DNA from: Botryllus schlosseri
Lineage: Eukaryota
Reading direction: 5' to 3'
Length of the DNA stretch: 64,000 nucleotides
Assembly (NCBI GenBank): GCA_051294905.1
Contig: CM119372.1
Location: 16,804,001-16,868,000 of the forward strand
A program made the position numbers and the translations under genes. Positions within the stretch are counted from its first letter, which is position 1. Each line of letters opens with the position of its first letter. The notes below the pieces were generated by a model. It ran no database searches and had not been told where the DNA came from. It saw only the letters and a program-made list of their open reading frames with translations. Positions 52,775 to 64,000 of this stretch are shown here, piece by piece.

Positions 52775-53515
52775 GTATCAGTCGGAAGCGTTACGAGTTA
52801 TTATTACAATTATACACCTTCACAACCACCTTCGTGGAAATTTATTTTTGGTACTCATTCATATCAAATCGACGATGCGGATTTCCATACACGACCGCGT
52901 ATATCAAGAAACGCAGCTACATATAAGTTTCCCCAGTTTCTACATAAATAGTATGGCGTTATATCCGAGAAAAGTGATTTTATGGCTGTTTATCACTAAC
53001 TTACACGTAAGATAGCGTTACCATACGTCCTCTTTTAAGAGGATTTGTCCTCTGTTTTGACTTTTTTTTGAAAGTGTCCTCGGAGGACGCCCTTTTGTCC
53101 TCTTTTTTGAGATTTTGTCCTCTTTTTTGAGAATTTTGGTCATATTTATAACGAAATTCGACTGAGATGCCGTAAATTAGCACCGAAGTGACGCTCCGGC
53201 GGGTATTTCGGGAGCCGAGTGGAAAGTTGACCTTTTTTTTCTAGTCGACCACCCGACAACGTGAAGCAAAAAACTATTTTGGGCACCGAGCGAGGAAGTT
53301 GACCTTTTTTTTAGTCAACCGACCATAAAGTGGGAAAAATTTAGCATTGTTTGAGAATTCTACTCCGGTTTTGCAAGTCTGAAAATTCTGAAAAAGGGTC
53401 CTCTTTTTAGATTTCCAAAATATGGTAACCCGAACTTCAGACAGATGACGATTGCGTGATAGTTAAGCTGAACGTGCAAAAGGAGTCCGCGAAGACGAAA
53501 AGGTTGAGAACCACT
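52775..53515 (+). mobile_element. 3' portion of the 24311-27713 hAT family, interrupted by an AGGGTTACCATA MITE (53015-53431)
   Basis: GTCGGAAGCGTTACGAGTTATTATTACA..CATATCAAATCGA and right end GTCCGCGAAGACGAAAAGGTTGAGAACCACT. Confidence 0.78.
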
Positions 53516-53681
53516 AGTAGCGCCTGTAACGGGGAAGATAATTCTTTTTTGATACACGCTAGCACACGGCTTGTTAGTGTCATTCAATAGACATCTTTTT
53601 ATGTAATAGTTTTCGTGATAATAATAATTCGGTATTCTGAAACTAACTGCATAAAAAGAAAGAATATGTCCCGCTATCCGA

Positions 53682-53832
53682 CAAGATAGCCTAATGGTTA
53701 AGCGTCCGGGTTCTTGATCGGTAGGTCGTGGGTTCGATCCCCGGCCGGGTCAGACCAAAGATCTGATTAGTAACACTGGTATCCATGACTTCCCTGCTTG
53801 GCGCTCATGCATTACTGGGATAGCATGGAGGG
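53682..53832 (+). mobile_element. Diverged SINE family B head and core
   Basis: TAGCCTAATGG A box, GGTTCGATCCCC B box, CCCTGCTTGGCGCTCA core, GGATAGCATGGAGG. Confidence 0.8.
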
Positions 53833-54217
53833 GTGGAGCAAGACTTTAGAAAGCCGTACAAGGCTGTATCTGCATCTTCCTTGTCTAGCGGCATATGCAC
53901 GTCATGCACTCGTGATATGCATATGCGCAGATCGTGTGTATCTGTATAATGAGTGGTGTTTATGCCGCAAAAAACATCAAGGACAAAAAATGAAGTACGT
54001 CCTTTCCTTCTTCTCGTTTCTAATAACCGCCTCATGTGCGTTACTACAATTTCGAGTGCGTATCTATTCGGCGATCCGTAGCCAGGATAAACAAAAATAT
54101 TGGGCTTCGTTCAGATTCCGATATTTTGAAGTTGTCCGCATTAACATTGTTGTTACCGTGGTGTATGAGCGGAGTTACCGTTAGCTATTCATGCACTAAA
54201 TAAATTGCAGTCTAATC

Positions 54218-57200
54218 ATGGTGAAGTTAACGAAAGAAGTTGTACTTCGACGAGCACGCTCTCATAGCCTCGAATCTGTTAAAAAGTTGAATTGTTGGTA
54301 AGTTATTGGTAAATTTTTATCACAATCATTCGCCGTTAATAATTCGAACAGTAAACTTTATTTTACCAATTTCAGGAATTCAAAGCTGACTGATGTGAGT
54401 ATTTGTCTCCTGATATATAAATCCTATAAAACTTTATAGTGTTGTTTGTAGTTTTAGTACCATAGTATTGAATACTTTCTTTGTAAGACATAATTTTCCA
54501 GAATTGATTAATTTCCGAACTTCCAGGTGTCTATGGTGTCCGAATTGGAAAATGTGGAAGTCATCAGTGCCAGGTAGGTTATACTTATGTCGTGAACATG
54601 AATGTCAATGTAATTATCAATCTTTTCATCTCTAGTACAAACTGTATAGACAGCTTGGAAGCATTTGCAAAATGCTCCAGTCTGAGAGAGCTTTACCTTC
54701 GTCGAAATTCCATTAAAAGTCTTGAAGAAGTGCTACACTTGAGAAGCTTGCCAAACTTGAGGTAAAGTGATATTTTCGTTGGAGCTCGTTGAAATATTGC
54801 TAACCGTGTTCACAGGGTTCTATGGCTCTCTGGGAATCCATGCTGCAAAGAGGTCTCCGAAGATAAATATCGCATGACTGTTATCAAAGCCCTACCGTCA
54901 CTAACGAAACTTGACAATGTCGGTATGTCTGCAATCCGTAAATCAGTCACCTCTGTATTCTTGTTTCAATTAATCTATTTCGTGTATGCTTGATCATAAA
55001 CACGGATAAATTCATTTCAAGCATTCATCTCAAATGTTGCAATCCATTATGCTCTCTGTTTCAAATATAGTCTGATATGTCCGAATATGAATTCTCACTA
55101 ACTATATGGAGTCTATACCGGTACCCAGTTTCGTTCTGAAGAGGCTTGTGCTCTTCAAAGTTTAGCAGAACATGGATACGGTGCAATATTACTCCCATTA
55201 TATTTGATTGAGACTTTGAAATTTACTAAGTTACTGATCAGATATGGAGATAAGTTATGGCCAACTAATGTTTCATGTTGTAGGATTACATAAACTTTGG
55301 GTATATGGTATGTGTTGTCCTTTTCAGTAGATTTTCGTTAATGTTGTGATCATACAGACATAATCGTCTACAGCAGTGATTACCAAACTGTGAACCGCCA
55401 CAGATTATCAGGAGTGCCACAAATCTTTTTGAAAGGAACCGTATTAATATTTAAAATAAAAAATCCGGACAAGCGTACTGTATACGACTTGAAAGCGTTC
55501 TAGCTGGGTAAAAGTTTCTTTCTGAAATGTTTGACCAATTGGACAGTCTGAATTCTAGCCTCGAAGGTCCATATGAATATGTTAAGAGACCAACGGTTGA
55601 AGTTGTGGAAAGCCAAGGCCCCGAAGAAAGTCTTTGACGGGTTTCCGACTCGTAATGTATCAACTCATATACATGAAACATGAACTCATTCCGTAAATCA
55701 TGTGCACATTGTTTGGACTTCAGCTTCACTGCAACGTTACTTCCCAGTATTTCACGTTGGGAACGTTAGATTGGAAGTTCATCTATTCGGAAGCAATGAA
55801 TGAAGCAATCTTTCTGTAGAGCCGGGGTTCTCAACCTGGGGGGCGTGAAACATCTGAAGGGGGGCGCGAAGAAGCAGTCACCTGAAAAAAAAATTGCGCG
55901 CCTGGCACGATTTACCTCCATTACACGCGTGTTTCTCTCTATATAGACCCAATTTCATATTTTTTATTCTCTCATCAACATTCATAACCGACCATACCAC
56001 CAAACAATCTGTTGGGGTTGCTAGCATCCCAGTTCAATTTTGTGATATGACGATAAGGGGGCGCGAAATTTTTCAATATCAAAAAGGGGGGCGTGTCTAA
56101 AAAAAGGTTGAGAACCACTGCTGTAGAGGAAGAACTGCTCATTGATTTACGAAACGCTGTTTCTGCAAAAAAATGAACGAGGTTTGGCTGTAAGACATCA
56201 AAATCGTGAAATCCCTCAATCGAGATTATAGCGCCATCTGTATCTCTTAACTGAACTCAACTTCTCTATGAATGTGAACATGGTGACTGCTTGGAATTGA
56301 CAAAATGCAGTCATGTTTGTCGGCAATGCAACCTCGTTTCAGTGGTATATGTTCGGCATTAACATTCCATCGCATTAACACGTGAAATAATTATTTAAAG
56401 CAACATTTCTTCCCTTGTGAGTGTGACATGAGTGTTTTATAATTTTTTCAATGTGCCACAACCTGAAAAACATTTGGGAAACACGAGTCTACATCACCAC
56501 ATGGTAACATTAGTGATAAATTTCACCATGTATTTGAGTACTGTTGCTTCATTAATGATTAAAAGATTTCAAGGCCTTTTACAGTATCTCTTCAAAAGTA
56601 TCCTTTTGCCAGTATTAACACCATGTTACACAGAAAATCGCCTAGAAACTGTGCAATAATATTAATATCAATACCTTATACTCAGTTGGCAGGAATTCTA
56701 TGATCGATTTTTGGTACCTGATTGTACTAATCTTCAAGCAATATCACCACTTGGCCATAAATGTACAATTTACTGCTCTACGTACAGTATTTTACATGTG
56801 AAGATATAATCATGACTTCCAAATCATGATTCAACCAAACATACTAGGCTTCACACGTGTCTTGGTTATTTTGATTCATAGGAAAAATGGTAACCTTTAC
56901 TCGGGGCTGTAACTATTACCAGGCATGGCCCTCTAGTAATTTATGACTACTACAGGATGTTGGTTTATTGAAGCCTTGTCTCACTATGCCAATGTCACGG
57001 AAGTGAATCCCCTTAGACCGGCACGATTTTCTTTTCCCGGACTATTGCATACTCTTTATTTTCATCAAGTCATTACACAAGAAGAGTTCAAAAGATCAAG
57101 AATTGAAGGAGACGATCTTAAGACGTCAGATAATTCGCCGGAGGTAACCAAGGAATGTGACGGTGAAATAAGTCTCGGTGAAGGCGATCACATTGAGAAA

Positions 57201-58292
57201 GACGAAACCGAGAGTTGCGAAAAAGCAGAGGCCGACACCGATGTTAATGCCAGTTTACCTGGCTCAGTCATACAGGAAACGAAGTATGTACTGGTGGAAT
57301 TACTATAGCAGTTTCTATTAACATTACTGTTACTTTTGTATGTAAATTTAATAGTGTCCCACGGCACGAAGTCGTAATATTTACTAAACTTTAAATCTGC
57401 TAACAGTAAAACTGGTGCCGATACCAGACACCTGGTTTCTTTGTTTTGAAACAAAGCCCGCCTTCACTAATATCTTAACCACTATAAGCCATTGTCCTCG
57501 GATTATTGCCCTACGCGGTACTCGATACGGATTTCAGATTTTTTAGTACAGCCGGTAATGAGGCAGGTCTTCGTGCTATCTACTTGTGTTATAGTGGCAG
57601 GGCTATTTTGTTTTGGTTGCTCTATTACATCGTAAGTGGATGGGAATATGCTTTTTCAAGTGCAGGGTATTTACTATTAATCGTCACATGTTTATTCAGG
57701 ACTTTATGTGTGTGGTCCATTGTGACGCTTTACTACAATGTTTTCAAGGCGTGCCCGGGCTAGTCTGAACTCTTCTATTTGATTTGAACCTTGATCCGGT
57801 GTGTACTTAGCCGAGTGTTTCAAGGAAAACAGTACCGTCATGATCCGAACGGGATATTATCATTCCCAATGATATTGTTATCGCTTGTTACACCATCGTG
57901 GCAACACATCACTGTTCTTTGACAGTGAATTACGGAAACAGCTTGGGTTCAAGCCGTTGCCTCCGGTCACGTTATCGACTGGCAAAAGGACGTTGTCAGA
58001 GTCACGTACAATGGGACAGACGACCACCAGCATCCACGTGTTGACCGCCTCGCTCGCTTTAATCCGAGATATGGACGAGGAGGCGCTCATGACATTGCGC
58101 GATGCGATCAACAGCCGGCTTTACGTTTTGGAACAAGAAGCGGTGTGTATAACATCTTGTATTTTTGCCAAATCGAATCAGAATGTTAAAGTATGTAATG
58201 GCGATTTTGTTTCGAGTGATTCTCAGAAATGTGACACCTCATTAGATTCTAGAACCAAGGACAGTGTGGAGGTACCGGTATATATGACCTAG
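54218..58292 (+). CDS. CFAP410: Cilia- and flagella-associated protein 410 (C21orf2, LRR protein), 7 exons, ~319 aa
   Basis: Exons 54218-54297, 54376-54394, 54527-54573, 54636-54761, 54816-54922, 57070-57283, 57926-58292; GT-AG and in frame. Reads MVKLTKEVVLRRAR..VKKLNCW, LRELYLRRNSI, LRVLWLSGNPCC, YRMTVIKALPSLTKLDNV, LRKQLGFKPLP and a C-terminal VLTASLALIRDMD helix. The end of the last exon is less certain. Confidence 0.92.
55822..56120. mobile_element. hAT MITE in CFAP410 intron 5
   Basis: TIR CCGGGGTTCTCAACC / GGTTGAGAACCACTG; perfect TSD CTGTAGAG. Confidence 0.92.
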
Positions 58293-59135
58293 TGTGCCGA
58301 GAAGGGATCTATGATTCATGCAAAACCGATAATATTGACGCAATTGAACGCTATACTCTTAACAAATTTCACGGTTCACACGACTACAATATAACTGCGT
58401 ACTGATATTTCGAAACAGTGGTTGATAGCTATTTCAGATCGCGTAACACTGTTGGTGAATCGGATATACGAAGGGTAGTGATGAAATTACCCTCAGGGTT
58501 CCATTGTCAAAAAAGCGACCAAACATGGCCGAGCTGGTACAACTGTTATATTGACACCATAAAAACCATTTCGACCCTTTCATTGTATCTTGTGGTGTGT
58601 TTTAAATAGAAATGCTATTGCTTCGCTAGGGACTTGCACTATTCTTTGTACAATGCCTCACTTGCCTCAGTCTTCTTGCTCAAAAAGCTGTCATCTCTCA
58701 ATTTACAGAGACCACAATCAGCGTCGTCAAAACATACCAACTCTACAGATGAGTCAAGTCCATGCAAACGATCGACCTCTGAACTGGCCTGACGCCGCAA
58801 CATTCTTGTTACAAACACGAACTGCCTGTCTGATGTCCACGCGACATCGACGTTAAAGACATAAAATGTCTGCGCTGTAAACCAATGACATCTGCATCTA
58901 TTCGCTGCTACGACACTGGATAATACACGTATTCTACTGTCTACGGTACCACGAGGGTTATAGCCTATGAAATATTTATTTTGCATCTTTTAAGTAGCTT
59001 GAAACATTGTGATGTTACTGTTTATTTTTTCCAGTTCCTTAATAAAGGCCACACCAAACTTGTACACGCTTGTTCATCACGCAACTTTCGAATTCCGTCC
59101 AAATTGCTTCGGGCTTTAGGGAAAGATTCCGTCGG

Positions 59136-62100
59136 TCAAGGTTTCTTGGTCTTAAAAAACTGAAAAGTAACGGCATGAGGGTTTCTGTACATGTAACTTG
59201 TGTCTGACAGAACTAGAGTTTGATAAGCCTTCAACTACCTATCTTTTTAGTGAAGCAACAGCGGAAGACTAATCAACATAATTAAGAAAGTATGAAACTA
59301 CATAACTAGAGCACCCGCAATTGTAATACCAGACTTGGTAGAACTTCTTGTTTGAAGCACTCCAGCAGGTGATGACTATTTCTTCAAGATTTTTAGTTTT
59401 CGAAGTCAAACTACTACTCGGATTTAGATTTTGTCAAGTAGAAAGTAGTGGTTGCATAGATTATAACTGAAATGATGATAAAAACTGCACAGTATGGCCC
59501 CTGTATCACGGTGACAGAATATAATTTGGTAAGTTGTACCAAGTCCTGAAATTTTGAAAGTTGTTCTTGACGATTACGTCAACAAATTATCCGAAATATC
59601 AATTGGCCACCTCTGCCAGCCCCAAGTTCCTTTTCAATTTCGCGGTTTCAGTGAACAAAGCACTAGAGGTGTTTTGGGACCTTTCCGTAATCTCTTCATG
59701 ATATTGTTCAAGCAAAACAAGTCCACTATGAAAATAATCGACAAGCATATATGCGTCTTGAATTAACAGCGCATACCTGTCTAATTGCACCAAACACTTC
59801 GCCAAATCCCTTTGTCGGTTTAAATTTGTCAGATATCCACCCTGGCAATTGTGACTTTACGTCAGACCGATTATACCTCTTGTCCACCAGAACAATAGCA
59901 GCGTAGTCGTGTCTGAAATGTTCATAATCGGTTGTTCGCTAAATAATCCGTTGGCCGTTTTGTGTTATGTAATACTGATACGTATTGCATTATGATAGGA
60001 TAAAATGATAACCACAGGTGGTCAAACTACTTGGTGTTGGTACGCAAGTAGAAGTAGCAATTTACAAGACATGTCAAAACTACTATGTGTGTAAGTAGAA
60101 AATAACTTGATTAAGTAATTTCAAAAAGTACATGTGGTAGAGTGATACTTTTAACAGTTAACGGAGGTTTCTACTTCCAAAATAATCAAGTGCATCGTAA
60201 CGACTAATGCACATTGACACACATAAAGATGACGTATACACAATTACACATACCCATACCCCCAACTACTTTCTTCCCTAATTAAAATTGCAAGAAGTAA
60301 GCCTGGAACACCGATAAGTAGAAGTACGGTAGTCTAAAACATAACCCCTTCAATAAGTAGCGCAAGTGAGCAAAACCTAGAGGAGTACTTCGTTCAACGA
60401 CCTCTGGTTATATTAAGACTTAGCACCCCATGATGAACTCATGGTTAATGGTTATATAAGCCAATACCTACCTATGACGTATCGCTCTTCCGATGGATTG
60501 ATTCACGGCTTTCATGCAGAGGTTCTCATAATACGATTGCCCGGCGGTCTTCGCACCAACGTTGGGCTATGAAAAAGTAGGCTACTCGTTGAAACTTTAC
60601 ACGTGCCTGTCGTAAATATTCCAGGGAACCGAAGGAAAATCTATTTCCGTCGGATAATTTATAGATACCAAAGTAATTTCTGTGAATTCAAGCTAGGTAC
60701 GGAACAAAGCGACAATTCCACGAGGTGTATGGCTTTAAACTTTAAATTAATCGACATGATACTGAAGTATACATGACAACGTAAAAAAACTAAAGTCGGA
60801 CGTTGTTTAAGACAATACTGTCCAATTCTGACCAGTGACCAATGTTCCCTCTAATTTTTTACGGGTCCGCGCACACTCACCAACTCACTGCGCAAACTCT
60901 TGGACAACAGTGCGTAACGACTAAAAAACGGTCATCACATATGATTTTTTGTGCGCAACTTAGATCTTCTGTGCGCAGAGACCGTTTCAGGACTGCGCAT
61001 TTGCGCACGTACGCAGCTTAGAGGGAACATTGCCAGTGACTATCATCCCGATGAAGCCTCTCAAATGCAAGGGGCTGAATACCGTTAGTAACAGTAAATC
61101 AAAAGTTAGTCACCATGTTTGCGTCTAAATAGGCCATTTTTTCTTTCAATTCCGCAGAGTACAAGTTTGGATAAGGCAGACCGACCATAACAATACATCT
61201 GCCTAAATCGTCAGAGAAGTTTATGCCTTCGCTCATCTTGCCACCGACAACGCTGAGCAGCAATGCTCCTGAAAATTAAAGTTACAGTGTTTGAAACGCA
61301 CCTAGATCAGGGGAAAGCCATACGCTTCAGAGAATCAATTCTTCCGTATACTTTAGTAGCAGACATGACCTTGTCATTTTCACGTCACAAAACAGTGCAT
61401 TCATACATATTTTCTACACTAGTTAGAAACAACGTGTGCCAGAAAGATTTTCTAAAAAAAGAGTTTTGATTCCACGTGCCCAATCACTTGCCAGTTAAGC
61501 CAGATTTCATAGCTTTGGTCCTTTGAATTGAAGTGGAATACTCCGCGAGAACACGGTCAGCGTGACCACTTTTCCTTGATTCTCGAAATATCTGTAAAAT
61601 TCAAGCATGTAGTTATCGGAATAGTGAAATCCCTGTATCTGAAAGGTGAACTGCACATCTATTTTTGGAAGTATTGAAGGAATGCGCAATGCCCTTTGCG
61701 AGATATCTTTTCACTCTATCCTCTTCAACTAAATCTAGCAGGAAAATATTACTTCTTGTGGGCTGTGTTGTCATTATCGTAAACATACGCGGCAGGCTGA
61801 GAGCCCTTGAATAGATTCCAATAAAAGTTGGAGAGTTGAAACAGAAAAGCCATATCATGTGTCATAAATCACTCTTCCTAACGTCAAAAAAATGACCCTT
61901 TTTCAGTCAATTCACCAGCAATCAGAGTTAAGAGAATATATTTCCCGTTTATATTTTCTTTTTTTCGGATCCGTAAATATGGGGAGGGGGGGATTTGTGT
62001 CGAGATTGATAAGGGGACGATGAGTCATAAAGGTTGGAAACTACTGATCTACATCATGATGGAACCAAGAAAGGAGAACAGAAATCCAAATTAAATCAAG

Positions 62101-63378
62101 TATCATCGCCAAGAATTGTACCGATACTCGAACCATGAAGGCAAAAAGCAATTTGAGTTTGAAATGTTCATGTTAGTACTCAAACTCTTACAAAAGTTTG
62201 TGTTCACACGTACAAGAACCACGAGAGCCATCCCTACATGAGCAATTGAGCATACTCCAGTAAGCGAGATAGGAATCTGCCACAACACCACAACGATGCC
62301 AGTTTGGCAAGTCCGTGCAAGACATACCTTTTTCTTCATCTCGATTTGCTTCAAAATTCCAGTCGCACCCCATCGAGCGTAGACCACGCTCTCGTAATCG
62401 TAAGACGGAAAGAAACAAACGATGCCGCCCGGGATTACGTTGCACAAGTTGCACAGAGACCGTCCGAGTTCGTCGATCTACGACAAATATATTTTATACA
62501 TATTTCTTTCATCGCGACAGCCATTACCTTTATTACTTGAGTGCCTCTTTTCGAGAGTTATAGGCACACTAACGGGTACAGTACAACATAACAAGCATAA
62601 TTACGGACCATGAAATTGGTCTTGCACGACAAACATACAAGTATGCAAGGATGGCATTAATTAGGATTTGAGAAAACTGTAGCTAGATCGAATTTGGACT
62701 TTTTTCAAGTTGGATTTGGCATATGACATAAATTTATTAGCAATTTACAATTTATACGAGACTTAAGAATAAAATTTCTGTTGTTACCGGACTTACCCAC
62801 GACCCGACACTAGGATTTGAACTTCAAACCCGGACCAGGTACTATATTTGAAAACATTGAACCCGCTCGTATCTGGTATATTGTATAAAAGTTTGTTGTT
62901 TCCATTCTTCAAATGCTAATTTCCTGGTTTGTAATTTCAGTTGTTATATCATATCTCATAATGTCGGTTTCACTTTTGAATCTGTTTCAATGCCTTTCGT
63001 GTCCCGATAACTCTCAATGAGAGACACCCGAAAAGTTATGATAAATGCATTCTCGCAATGGATGGATGTCGAGATGAAACCAATCTTCCAGTTATGCACC
63101 CATGATCCAGCTTTGAAACAGCCACATATTTATTGAGAAAGCAAACAGACGTTACCCACCAATTTTGTGCTCTTCCTCTGCGCGAACGTGAATTCGAATT
63201 CCGTACCTGCCGGACCCTGCGACAGGGTAACCGGCAACAACTGATCTTTATCGATAACGTGACCGCACGAGAATTGAAATATTCTATCGTCCCGCACCGC
63301 AAGAGGAGTTAGCAACTGGTTGATGAAACTGGAACAGGGTTGCATGGTTCCACCCGCGACGATCACAGCCCTGCAATC
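59136..63378 (-). CDS. DDX11: DDX11/ChlR1 Fe-S DNA helicase, last 7 coding exons (5' part outside the window)
   Basis: Exons 63378-63160, 62477-62328, 61591-61492, 61268-61114, 60566-60472, 59912-59777, 59159-59136. Motifs [100 protein letters not shown] and LPGWI. Confidence 0.93.
60840..61032. mobile_element. ~190-bp hAT MITE in a DDX11 intron
   Basis: TIR CAATGTTCCCTCTAA / TTAGAGGGAACATTG; perfect TSD CCAGTGAC. Confidence 0.93.
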
Positions 63379-64000
63379 CTGAAGTTGCAAACATAATCAA
63401 TTTAAACTCTGTATTTTGCTAACAGGTCTTCGTGTCCAGAATATGCCTTATTCCTCGTGTGACTGCGAGAAAAAACGGACGAGACTGACCAATACGATGC
63501 ATTTACTTACTGCAAGCTGGGAAGTGTTAAGAGCAAATTCAGGATGTAAATTATGAATGTTGTGTGAAAGTAATACTGTAATTTTATAGTCAATTACATG
63601 AAGTTATGTAAGGTTACCAAATTTTGGAAATCTGAAAAGAGGACACTTTTTCAAAATTTTCAGGCATACATAACCGAGTAAAATCCGGAAAAAATGGTAA
63701 AAATTTTGCCCGACTTTGTGGTTGGTTGACTAAGAAAAAGTTGTGGTTGGTTGACTAAGAAAAAGTAGGTCAACTCTCCAGCTCCACTCCCGAAATGCCC
63801 GCTGGAACGTTACTTGAGTAGTGATATCCTGCATCTCAGTCCAGTTTTAGCTTATATTTAACCAAAATTCTCAAAAATGAGGACAAAATCTCAAAAAAGA
63901 GGACATTTGGGCGTCCTCCGGGGACGCTTTCAAAAAAGTCAAAAAAGAGGACTAATCCTCTTAAAAGAGGACGTATGGAAACCCAAAGTATTAGTGATTT

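Noticed and set aside
53682..53752. Possible tRNA gene
   Set aside because: A and B boxes are present, but the sequence continues into the SINE B core and lacks a clean acceptor stem and poly-T terminator.
55374..56700. Possible larger hAT transposase remnant in CFAP410 intron 5
   Set aside because: A TIR-like start at ~55374 is visible, but I could not identify a right end, TSD or convincing protein motif.

Overview
Eukaryotic (animal) genomic DNA. The short introns, gene content and repeat landscape suggest an invertebrate deuterostome such as an ascidian; that assignment is inference. Four spliced protein-coding genes can be rebuilt by hand: (1) a 2-exon IL-17-family cytokine (minus, 5175-7801) that the ORF track splits in two; (2) NIFK/Nop15-like RRM protein (minus, 44191-48229, 8 exons); (3) CFAP410/C21orf2 (plus, 54218-58292, 7 exons); (4) the 3' part of a DDX11/ChlR1 helicase (minus, 59136-63378, continuing beyond the window), which needs a GC-AG intron. 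The rest is dominated by transposons: many non-autonomous hAT elements with 8-bp TSDs nested up to 4-5 deep, two tRNA-derived SINE families, CR1/L2-type and R4/Dong-type LINE remnants, a decayed DNA transposase, and a Penelope-like element with an inverted pLTR carrying a minimal type-I hammerhead ribozyme. I found no evidence of a wholly new biological system. The best leads are the IL-17 gene with its putative kB/C-EBP promoter and long pro-region, and the hammerhead ribozyme. All coordinates and homology calls were made by eye, without database searches.
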